From Glaucostegus cemiculus (Eukaryota), in contig CDPCPM010000010.1 of assembly GCA_976551045.1 (NCBI GenBank), forward strand, positions 23,932,001 through 23,996,000: a DNA stretch of 64,000 nucleotides. Direction: 5' to 3'. Each line of letters begins with the position of its first letter. Positions within the stretch are counted from its first letter, which is position 1. The position numbers were made by a program, and so were the translations under genes. Of the stretch, positions 26,086-37,775 are shown piece after piece. The notes below the pieces were generated by a model, which was not told where the DNA came from, searched no databases, and saw nothing but the letters and a program-made list of their open reading frames with translations.

Positions 26086-26719
26086 ATGATTTTGTTAGCA
26101 AGATTTACTACTGTATGCATGTATACTCACCTGAAGGCCACAGTTACTTTCCATCACCTTTTTTTAAAACTGATCATCAGAATGCATGCTATCAAAAGAA
26201 CTTCTGCTTCAAGGCTTCCTCTGACCTGAAGATGCCTCATTTAGGATATAGCATACTGTCCTTTTGGGTCTTAACCAGGGGCATATCAACAGACTGCATT
26301 TTACTTCAACAGTAAATTACTTGCAAGCATAAACATCAAAAAAAAGAACTCTGGCTCATTAGTGTGAAAGAAATTGTGCATTCTGATTGATCTCTTAATT
26401 GCCCATGATTTATTACCCCTTCCTGGTCTTCTCTTTACTTCAAGACTGCTTAGGCTTTTTGCTCTTCTCAATCCATGTTCAAAAATGTCTTTAACAGCCA
26501 AGATACTTCACTGCACTCTGTACACAATTCATTGGAACCTGAGAACCGGAGGTCCAAACTTGCATGCATTGAAAACTTCACTGACATTTATTATTACGCA
26601 CTTGTCTTGCATATCCACTGACTACCAATAATTAATATCACCTTGTCAAAGGTTTGAGGGTTAAACAAAAAATCATATAACCAATGTGCTGCCTATGTAT
26701 ATGGCACTTCTAATTGGTA

Positions 26720-27520
26720 TGTCACCAAAGACTCTTACAAATTCCTACAGATGTACGGTGGAGAGCATTCTCCTTGGTTGCATCACTGCCTGGTATGGAG
26801 GTTCCAATATGCAGGACTGAAAAAGGCTGAAGGTTGTAGACTCAGCCAGCTCCATTACAGGCACAAACCTCCCTGGCATTGAGGACATCTTCAAGAGGCG
26901 GTGTCTCAAGGTGGTGGCATCCATCATTAAGGGCCCTCACCACCTGGTACATGACCTCTTCACATACCACCTCCCTGATGGAAGTAACAGGACCCCAAAG
27001 ACCCACACTCAACATTTCAGAAACAGCTTCTTCCCCTCCACCATCAGATTTCTGAATGGTCCTGGAATACTACCTTGTTATTCCTCCTTTGCAATATTTA
27101 TTTCTGTAACTTATATTAATTCTTGTGTCTTTGTCTTGCATTCTACTGTTGCCACAAAACAACAAATTTCACAACATATGTCAACATGTTGATATATGTT
27201 CTCCCGTGTCTGCGTGGGTTAGAACATAGATACCTACAGCACAATTCAGGCCCTTTTGCCCATAAAGCTGTGCCGAACATGTCCCCACACTATTAGGCTT
27301 ACCCATAACCTTCTATCTTATTTACCTCCATGTACCTATCCAACAGTCCTCTGGGTTTCCTCCGGGTGCTCCAGTTTCCTCCCACATTCTGAAAGACGTA
27401 AGGCTAGGTTAATTTGGGGGTTTAAAATGGGCAGCGCGGATTCGTTGGGCCGAAAGGGCCTGTTACCACGCTGTAAATAAAATTTAAATTTAAAGCATAT
27501 AATAAACCTGATTCTGATTG
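26720..27520 (+). mobile_element. Rex1/Babar LINE 3' fragment interrupted by a V-SINE
   Basis: FYRCTVESILLGCITAWYG..., SIIKGPHH and FRNSFFPSTIRFLN. The tail aataaacctgattctgatt resumes after 27495. Confidence 0.8.
27197..27494 (+). mobile_element. V-SINE (5'-truncated) split by a 131-bp CR1 tail insertion
   Basis: The V-domain breaks at ctgcgTGGGTT (27215-27220) and resumes at TGGGTTtcctccgggtgc (27352-27357). Confidence 0.85.
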
Positions 27521-29654
27521 ATTCTAGCAGTATCTCGTCGTAATGGTACAGCAAGTATTAATATATCTCCAGTGTTCAGCTTAAACAGAAGTTCAAGTAG
27601 ACAAAATCTATTACTGAATTGTTTTATCTACTTGCAACATCAAAACTTTTTCATTCTAACATGCTTTGCAGAACTCACAGTGGAAAGTTATTTAAATAAT
27701 TGCTCCTGCAAATGAACAGATCACAAAGAAAATGTAATGAAAATCTGATTATTATAAATAACTGAAACTAGAAAGCAAAGTCAAGAAGAACTTGGCCTTT
27801 TCAAATATATATTCTGATTAAATCAAATCTTGTGAGAAAAACTTTTTTTCTTACAGCTGCAAATCTTCTAAGTACTGTTGATCTTAAACCCTTCGACATC
27901 ACAACCATTGGATAAAGATCCAATGGTCTCCACTTGTTTGCTCCAACAGGCAGAATGAAATGGAAACATTTCCTAAGGAATGGAAATTGGGCTCTTCTCC
28001 CAGAATAAAGGAAGCTTTAATGTGCATCTGGTTAAACTGTCTGTACCCAAAGTATTTGATGCCAGCACTGCAAATCTGCAAAGAGAGTGTTATTTTATTT
28101 GCCTGATTTCATTTCTAGACATGATTGCTAAACCCCTTTGCTTTCGGCAAGAGACTGAGCTTCCTGTGTTTTACATTTATTCCATACCACTGATGGCCAT
28201 TATTTCCTTCCAGATGGTTTCGGCCTTGGTTTGTTGTGAAGTATCTTTTATTGTCAGACACTAACCATGCTGTGCCCAATATAGCTATTATTATATAATC
28301 ACCAGCTGGCTGCAGAATGTTCATAATTGGCAGTCAGCAACGTGGGAAATGGTTCATAAGGGTTCCATTTCCCCATTCTAAGATTTTAAGCCTTTGTCTC
28401 TATTTCAAGCCTTTGGCTGGTGCTGTGAACACCCAAAAGTAATTGTAGATTTACAAGGTTTTAAAAAGACATTTATCACTGATGACTTGCTAAATGCAAT
28501 AATGGCAAACTCAATTATCAGGAACTAGTTAATGACTATGAAGGTGAACAGGTCTCTTTTTTTTGAGGTGCACTGTTTTGTCAAAGTCCTATTCACTAGT
28601 TCAAATGCACTGTAGATTGTTGGTACAAGACTTCTCAACCAGTACATGCCAGGGTGTAATGGAATTTTAGTCTACCCACCCTCAAACAGATCAATTTCAT
28701 TGTGACAGCTTTTAACGTTCAAAGATGATGTGGCAAGTCTCTTAAGATTTGTAGGAAAGATTAAAAATTCTATTTGTCCTCCCTTTCAGCAGAAATTATG
28801 TCAAACTTAATTTTGGAAAAGACAGCAAAGACAGAAAAGAAGCATTTAAATTAAAACAAAAAAATCTATTCGAAATACATCTGAGAAAGAGACAAATTGG
28901 CAATGTAGCATTTTGTATACTCGTCTATCCAGATGTTCCCTTGACATCAGGAATGGCCATGTTAGAAAAATGAACAATCATAATAGCAAGGTGAAAACAA
29001 TTGTACTCATGAAATTTTGCACAAGCCAACTTCACACCAAGTTCTGGCAAGTTGAATTGAGAACGCTAGCATATTGGAATCTATGAGAAACTGTAAAGAA
29101 GCAATACACTTCCATGAACATTTTCAGATTAGAGAGACTGCCATTTAAATGCCATCTATTTATCACCTCATTTACATCATAATAGGTTCACTAATTGGAG
29201 CAGGTACATGGCTGGGAGCAACTGCTGACATCAATCATTTAAGGTCAACAAATTGATTTAAAATAAAAACATTTCCAACTAGCTTGGTTGTTTCCTTCAG
29301 AACAAGAAAGAATATGCATTGCATACATCACAATACCTAAATTTACTTTTATATTGGGCTTTACAGAGCAACACAGTGAACGACAGTATTGTGGGTTCCT
29401 GTTCTACGCATGTGTGTATCTACAATAGACTTTAACAATGGAAGATATATATTGCACAGCCAGAGGGAGAAATGCACATCTTTCATTAGCCATGTTCCAT
29501 TATAAAAAGGTCTTAAAAATAAATTACATGGTTAAAAATTGAGTCTATGAATGGGAATAGAATTTTAGCCCTTTGAACCTGTTCTGCCACTGAATGAGGT
29601 GGTGGCTGATTTTTTCACTGTAACAAGTAATAAATTAGGTTATCAAATTCTATA

Positions 29655-32600
29655 ATGTGGCCATTCCCCTCACCAAAGGGTATACCTCTTGGGATACTGT
29701 TCAGGGGGATGTTCTTTCAAGGGCTAGCAATAGTAATCAGGTCTCTGGCACTGTGACTGGCTCTGAGGCTGAGGGGGAAAGGGTGCAGTCAGATAGGGCG
29801 ATAGTGATAGAGGACTCAATAGTGAGGAGGACACAGGAGATTTTGTGGCCGCAGAAGAGATGCCAGGATGGTGTATTGCCTCCCAGGTGCCAGGGTCAAG
29901 GATGTCTCTAAGCAGCTGCAGACAATTCTCAAGAGGGAGGGTGAACAGCCAGAGGGTGAACATTTTACATGTTGGTACAAACAAGGAATGAGGTCCTGCA
30001 AAATGCGTATAGGGAGTTAGGTAAGAAGTTAACGTCAAGGGTAGAGATTTCTGGGTCACTCCCAGTGGCACATACTAGATAAGTCAGAAATAGAAGGATA
30101 GGCCAGATGAAGTTGTGGATGAAGAGGAGCTGGTACAGGGGGCAGGGATGCAGGTTCTTGGACCATTGGGATCTCTTCTTGGATAGAAGTGACCTGTGTA
30201 AGAGGGACAAGTTGCACTTTACCAGAGAGGGACCAATATCCTGGCAGGGAAATCTGCTAATCCTACATGGGAGGGTTTAAACTAGATCGGCAGAGGAGTG
30301 AGACTCTGAGCAGGTCATGGTACAAAGTAGTAGCCAATGAAAGCAAGTTTAGTAAAAAGGATAGCCAGGGGCAGAGTAAAGGCAGGGAAAGGAATGCTCA
30401 GTTAAACTGCATTTATTTCAATGCACGAGGTTTAACAGGTATGGTAGATGAACTCAGTGGATTGGCTTTGGGGACTGGGACGTTATAGCCTTAGGAGGAA
30501 CACAGCTGAGAGAAGGGCAGGACTGGCAGCTCAATGTTCCAGGATACAGATGTTACAGGTGTGACAGAGGTATAGGTAACCAAGGAGGGTGTGTTGCCTT
30601 TTTTGAAAAAGGACATAACAGCATTATTTAGAGATGATATTCTTGGGGGATCATCCATTGAAGCCACATGGGTAGAACTTAGAAACAAGAAGGAAGGGTC
30701 ACTCTAATGGGGCTGTATTAAAGACCCCTCCCCCCCACAGGATCCTCATGTGGGAACATGAGGAGCAGGTGTGTGGAGAAATTGCTCATAATTGTAAGAA
30801 TAATAGGGTTGTATTAGTGGGAGATTTTAATCTCCCCAGTTTTGACTGGGCCACTCAGAGTGTTAAGAGCCTGGATGGGGTGGAATTTGTGACATGTGTC
30901 CAGGAAGGCTTCCTGAGCCAATATACAAGAGGGCCCTACTCAGGAGGGTGCAATACTGGACCTCCTTTTAGGAAACAACACAGGGCAGGTAACTGAAGTA
31001 ACAGTCAGGGTGCACTTTGGCTCCAGTGACCACAAATCTATTAGTTTTGAGATAGTAATGGAAAAGCATAGGACAGGTCCACAGCGGAGGGTCCTAAACT
31101 GGAGCAGGGCTAATTTTGGGGGAATCAGTCAGGATCTAGCAGAGGTCGATTGGGTGAGCCTGTATGAAGGGGAAGGAATGAATAGCAAGTGGGAGGCCTT
31201 TTAAGAGTGTGATTATCAACAGTCCAGGAGCAGCATGTTCCTGTTACATGAAGGATAAACCTGGCAGGTTTAGGAAACCTTGGCTGACAAGAAAGATTGA
31301 GGCTCTAGTCGAGATAAAATAGGAAGCATACTTCCAGCTTAGGAGATCAGGAACAAATAAGAATACTCTTAAGAGGGAAAGCAGCAGGGCAAAAAGAGGG
31401 TATGAGATGGATCTGACTGGTAAGATCAAGGAAAATCCCAAGAGAGTCTATAGCTACAGTATATAAAGAGTAAAAGGGTAGCCAGGGAGAGAGTAGGTTC
31501 CTAGAGATCAGCAGGGCCACCTATGTCTCAAGCCACAGGAGATGGGTTAGAGTTTTAAATGAATATTTCTCCTTGGAGTTTACTGAGGAGAAAACCATGG
31601 TTGGTCAAGAGATAAGGGAAACGAGTGGAGATGTTTTGGGAGGACATTCATATTACCAGGGAGGAGGTATTTGCAGCCTTACAGCACATTAAGGTGGATA
31701 AATTCCCCAGGGCCTGACCGAGTGCATCCTTGGACATTGAGGGAAGCTAGAGAAGAAATTGCAGAGGCTCTTGTGGGGGCTACACACTTCATCGTTAGCC
31801 ACTGGTGAAGTTCCCAAAGACTGGAAGGTGGCATATGTTGTTCCATTGTTTAAGAAGGGCAGCAAGGACAAGCCAGGGAAGTACAGGCCAGTCAGCCTGA
31901 CATCAGAGTGGGGAAGTTGCTGAAGGAATTCTGAAGGACAGGATCTACCAGCATTTGGATAGGCAGAGTCTGATTAGGAGGAGTCAGTATGGCTTTGTGC
32001 GTGGAAAGTCGTGCTTGACGAACCTTTTACAGTTTTTATTTGAAGAGGTAACCAAAAGGGTAGATGAGGGGTAGGGCAGTGGATGTTGTCTATTTAGACT
32101 TTAATCAAGGCCTTCGACAAGGTGTCACATAGTAGGCTGGTCTGGAAAATTAGGCCCCACGGAATCCAGGGAAAGCTAGCTAGGTAGATTCAAAATTGGC
32201 TCAGAGGTAATAAGCAGAAGGTGATAGTTGAAGATTGTTTCTCGAAATGGAGGCCGGTGACTAGTGGTGTGCCACAGGGGTTAGTGTTGGGACCCTTGTT
32301 ATTCATTATTTATATGAATGATTTGGACACAAATGCACAAGGCTCGATCAGTAAATTTGTGGATTACACAAAATTAGGAGGTGTTGTTGATAGTGAAGGT
32401 TATTGTAGATTACAGGAGGATCTTGATCAGATAGGGAGGTGGGCTGAGAAGTGGCAAAGGGATTTCAATACAGATAGCACAAGGGAGGGGAATGGAACTG
32501 AGGGACCTAGGAGTACAAGTGCCTAGTTCATTGAAAGCAGCATCACAGATAGACAGGGCGGTGAAAAAGGCGTTTAGCACACTGGCCTTCATCAGTCAGG

Positions 32601-33192
32601 AGTATGGGAGTTGGGACATTATGTTGTAGTTGTATATGTTGTTGGTGAGGCTGCACTTGGAGTACTGTGTATAGTTTTGGTCACCTTGTTATAGGAAAGA
32701 CATGGTTAGAGTGCAGAGTGCAGAAAAGATTTACAAGGATATTGCCAGGACTAGAAGGCCTGAGTTATGCAGAGAGGTTGGCCAGGCTAGGCCTTTATTC
32801 CTAAGAATGTAGGAGAAGGAGGGGTGAACTAATAGAAATGTTTAAAAATTATGAGAGGCATAGATAAGGTGGACGGTAACAGTCTTTTCCCCAGGGTAGG
32901 AGAGTCCAAAACTAGAGGGCATTGATTTAGGGTGAGAGGGGAAAGATTTAAAAAGGGATTTGAGGGGGAACTTTTGCCACACCGAGGGTGATTAGTATAT
33001 GGAATGAGCTGCCAGACGAAGTGGTTGAGGCAGGTATAATAGTATCATTTACAAAGCATGTGGATAGGTACATGTAGGGCTTAGAGGGATATGGGCTGTA
33101 CACAGGATATTGGGACTAGATGGGTGGGCACCATGGTCAGCATGGATTCATTGGGCTGAAGGATCTGTATCCATGCTGTGTTGCTCTATGAC
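29655..33192 (+). mobile_element. CR1 LINE with ORF1 SGNH-esterase domain and full ORF2, decayed
   Basis: ORF1 has AIVIEDSIVR, CLPGARVKDV, HVGTN and FLDHWDLF...DKLHF. ORF2 has CIYFNARGL, VLVGDFN, GSSDH and SGVPQGLVLGPLLF. The CR1 tail ends ctgtgttgctctatgact. Confidence 0.92.
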
Positions 33193-34139
33193 TAACAAAT
33201 GCAGATTTAAAATGAATAAGTGACCTAACATCAATTGCTGTTTGATGTATCAGTGTGTATGAAAGGAAGAACAAGAGACAGAGGTGCTTTGAACTTGCCA
33301 AGATTAGCGGTACCATAGCTTTACTAGAGGAGGTGAGGCAAGACAGGGCAGGGCTATGCGGTATCAAGGAGGGAGAAGTATATATAGTGTACAACAGGGA
33401 TGTGGTTTGAAATTCATCTTATGGTTAAATGGAATGACAAGGCCTTGGACAATCTGGTCTAGAGTCATTTTGTTGCCAGGACAGGGGATGGAGTGGGCAA
33501 CCAAGGTTAAGAGTTCATTGTATGGACTGAGGACCTTGAACACAAACATAAATCCATCTTCCCCCTTTAGGTTCCCCCAATACTATTACTAAATTAAGGT
33601 CTTTAGTTATTTCCTTGTGATCAATAGTATCTGCCCAGTTCGCCCAAGCTTTATAACATAACCAGAGATGGAGAAAAGCTGTTAATCTGCAGGCAAAACA
33701 CTGAAGAAAAAAAAAATCAGACCACATGTGTCCATTTTCTAAGCAGCAGGCAGTATAATGACAAATGCCATGGGCCAATCACATCCATTAAGAGTCCACT
33801 TCAATAAAGGATCAGCAGCATCAGAAAACTGATGATAGCATTATCTTAAAAAAAAGAGCCAGGCCATTTAGGATTAAAATCAAGAGGCACATTTTATTAA
33901 AAAGGATAGTGGAAATCTGTCAATTTGCTCCTTCAAAAGGGGTGTGGATTTAATGTCAAATGCAATTTTTGAAACTGAAAACAACAGATTCTTTACGGGC
34001 AAGGCACTGGGAACAAAGAAAATAGAAAATGAGGTTGTGCTAGAATGGGTCCAATGGTTAACTCAACATCATGTTTCCCACACTACATCTGTGTATTACA
34101 TTGACCTCTCAAATGATACAAGGCTACATTAAATATAAC

Positions 34140-34860
34140 CTAAGGAAATAGATGCACTGGAGGTAATCCAAAAAGATCCACCAGGCTTGTTCCTGGGATG
34201 AGAGGATTTTCCTATCAAGAGAGACCAAACAGGTTGGGTCTATATTCGATGGAGTTCAGAAAAATGAGGGATGATCCTATTGAAGTATACAAGATACTGA
34301 CGGGACAGATACACGGTAGCATAGTGGTTAGCATAATGCTTTACAGTGCCAGCGACCCAGGTCCAACTCCGGCCACTGTCTGCAAGGAGTTTGTACGTTC
34401 TCCCCGTGTCTGCGTGGGTTTCTTCGGGGTGCTCTGGTTTCCTCCCACATTCCAAAAGACGTACAGGTTAGGAAGTTGTGGGCATGCTACATTGGTGCCG
34501 GAAACATGTCAACACTTGTGAGCTGCCCCCCAAATCACTACGCAAAAAGATGCATTTCACTGTGTGTTTTGATGTACATGTGACTAATAAAGAAATCTTA
34601 TCTTACAGGATAGTGGTTGAGATGTTTTCACTAGTAGCAGAGTCTTGAATGAGGAAAAATAGTGACATGATAAATGGTTAGTCCATTAAAAACTGAGGTG
34701 CATAGAGATTTCTTCCACTACAGGGTAGTTGAGGCTGGATCATTAGAACTATTTAAAGTGGAGGTTGATAAATTTTTGAAAGATCAGGGAATTGAGGGCT
34801 ATGGGGATCTAGCAGCAGGCTTGAGAGGTCAGGTGGTCAACTCCTGCTCTTATTTTCTGG
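34140..34860 (+). mobile_element. Old CR1 3' fragment hosting a V-SINE
   Basis: MRGFSYQERPNRLGLYSMEFRKMRDDPIEVYKIL; continues after 34605. Confidence 0.75.
34310..34604 (+). mobile_element. V-SINE, second subfamily (Rex1-like tail)
   Basis: tRNA head and V-domain, then tail gcatttcactgtgtgttttgatgtacatgtgactaataaag(ATCTT)n. Confidence 0.88.
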
Positions 34861-36229
34861 TGTTCTGTCATCATTCTGCCCTAATTTTAGTCCTAGGAAT
34901 CAGATAATGCTAACCATGGGTTGTGTTCAGGTGTCACCTGCCTTTTTGTTCCATCAACCAGAGCTGGAAGGAGTAGAAGTTTTCTCCATTTAAGTATCGG
35001 GAAGAACAAGGTCATCGTCTCCTGTCCCTGTCACAAACTCCAGTCACCAGCCACAGTCATTCTCTCTGCCCCAGCATCTCACCCTTTTGTTCTATATTGC
35101 ACGCCCCAGATTTCTGATTTGTTTCCAGGACTAAGACTGCCCACTTCCACTGGAGAAAACATCACCCCTGCATTTATCCTCTCAATCCCTATTCAAATGT
35201 TGCATTTTTCAATAACACCACTCCTAATTCTTCTAAACTCTAGAAAGAGTTCAAGTCCAAACACTCAACCTCTTCCCACTGGACAAAAATCACATCCTAG
35301 TAATCGATCTGATGAACCCTTGCTGCATTCCCTCTTTTACAGGTAGAAAAGCAATGTACACACCATTCTAGCGCCCGGTGCAATAGCAGAAAGATGTCTT
35401 TACCCCTGTATTCATATCCCCTTGCAAAATACTGGCATTATTCACAGAGCCAGAGGTGTATGCAAATACAGTTATAACCAAGTATAATAGGTTCAAGTCT
35501 TCTACACTGATCATATTTCAACACTACTTCATTGCCTGCAAAGCAGTTTTTGACACAAGGCCATACAAGACGCTTCACAATCTTTTTCTCCCACCTGCCT
35601 TAATTCTTCTACTAAATATGGTCGAGTAACTGACAGGTCCAATGACTTTTCTAACTTCTGCAACCAAGTAGCTTCACAAGGTGATTACCATTTCAATAAT
35701 TCAACAGGAGAGAGAGAATTTGTTAACTATTAATAGAAGGGTGCAATTCTGCTTTTTTGCTGCAATTCTGAACCACGTCTTCAGATTTCATTTTGATCTA
35801 CATAAATTGCACACTATTTTACATTGGAAAATAAACTGCAAACCAACTGAATTGATAAATGGCAAATAAAAATCTCAATGGGTGAAATAATGTGCAATGT
35901 CAGTGTATAACAGATTAATGCGCAAATTGGGAGCAATCTGTGAATCAAATCACACTTTTCATCATTAAAGCTCTAGTTGTATGGAAAATTAAAACAAATA
36001 AGAACATGCAACATGTAATCTGAGCTAAGTAGTTTAAGACCATTGTAGAGTTCCTGCACAGAGCGCAACTACATACTTTGTATTTCTGATCATCACGTTA
36101 CAAAGAAATGCACACGCAAGAATAACCCTACACAGCCAATGACATTTTGTTGAAATGAATAAAGTTGCAGTCGGATGTAAGAATAGGCAGCTATCTTCCA
36201 CGGCACAAATGAGATAAAAGACCAATTAA

Positions 36230-36460
36230 TTTCTTTTGGTGATGCTGCTTGAGGAATGAACACTGTTCTCCAAGAAACTTGAACCAGCAGACAAACAGTC
36301 TAATCTCATTCAAAAGTTGGTCTCTGTAACAGTCTCCCTCAGAACTGCACTGAAGTACAATCCCAGACCATGTGCTCAGTTGCTTGGAGTGAGACAAATG
36401 CTCAACCTTTGACTCAGGAGTGTGAGTGCTACTTACTACTGAGCAAAGGCAGACTTCTGC
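36230..36460 (-). mobile_element. Deu-domain SINE (SacSINE1/AmnSINE-like) remnant
   Basis: ctccctcagaactgcactgaagt...atgtgctca...ggagtgagac...caaccttttgactcag...gagtgctac...ctgagc resembles the recalled antisense DeuSINE head and core. Confidence 0.6.
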
Positions 36461-36784
36461 TAACAAGGCCCATTAAAGAACAAAATGACTTAATTCAAGT
36501 CTTATGGGAAAATGAGTTCATGTTACAAAATTCAGTTGGTAGAAACTGGAGAGAGGCCAGTTAAGAGGGAAAGGGGCTGCACCTGTATTTAAAAATGCAG
36601 GTAGTTTATAATCATTAACTTATGATTATTTCTTTGAAACAAGGGTTTACAAAGATCATACAACTTATGAATACCCATGTACAGCTTGTACACGTGAACA
36701 AACATTTGGGAAAATGGTAGGATGGGTTTGCCAGCTGCTGCGAGGCCTCAAGCATCTTCTGCCATGTGGGAACTCTCTTCGCGG

Positions 36785-37170
36785 CTGATAAATTGGTTTA
36801 TTATTGTCACATGTACTGAGGTACAGTGGAAAACTTGTCTTACATACTATTCATACAGATCAATTCATTACACAGTAAAAGGCAAAACAATAAAGGAATG
36901 CTGAGTAAAGTGTTACAGTTACAGAGAAAGTGCAGTGCAGGTAGATAATAAGGTGCAAAGTCATAACTTGGACCCTTGACCTTGCAATCTACCATCTTAT
37001 CGTACTAGGGAACGGTTCTATTGTCTTATAACAGCAGGATAGAAGCGGTCCTTGAGCTGGTGGTACACGTTTTCAGGCTTTTGTATCTTCTGCATGGTGG
37101 GAGAGGGGAGCAGAGAGAATATCTGGGGTGAGTTGGGTCTTTATGCCGGCTGCTTTACTGAGGTAGCTAG
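36785..37170 (-). mobile_element. Rex1-like LINE 3' fragment
   Basis: Reverse complement of the tail tttccactgtacctcagtacatgtgacaataataaacc and of the RRYKSLK.RTTSSRT..YP segment. Confidence 0.7.
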
Positions 37171-37349
37171 ACTACATTTCCGACTTGGGATTTGTTTGAT
37201 TTACAAACACAGTTTCTCAGTGATGGAATCCTTCTGTAACCTGGGGAGGACCTGGAATTACAAATTCATGAAAGCAACCGACTGTTGGATAACAACATGG
37301 TAATACATACGAGAATATCACTACCACCACCCCACTACCTGAGCTGCCA

Positions 37350-37775
37350 TCTTGGACTCGGTCTTTACCTCTTGTTGTCTTGGTGAAGCAGCCAGCATGT
37401 GCAAAAACCCATCCACCCAGGACATCTTCTCCTCTTCCATCGGGTAGAAGATACAAGAGCCTGAAGGCACGTACCACCAGACTTAAGGACAGCTTCTACC
37501 CCACTGTAATAAGACCATTGAACAGTTCCCCTATACAATGAGATGGACTAGGACCTCACAGTCACAACAAGGTAGATCTCAGACCTTATTGTACTTCACT
37601 TTCTCTGTAACCGTGACACTTTACTGTTATTGTTTTTACCTGTACTACATCAATGAACTCTGTACTAACTCAATGTAACTACACTGTGTAATGAACTGAC
37701 CTGTACTATCGGGTTGTAAGACAAGCTTTCCACTGTACCGCAGTGCAGGTGACAATAATAAACCAATACAGACCA
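37350..37775 (+). mobile_element. Rex1-like LINE 3' fragment, inverted partner of 36785-37170
   Basis: LPSGRRYKSLKARTTRLKDSFYPTVIRPLN, then tail gtgacaataataaaccaatac. Confidence 0.78.
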
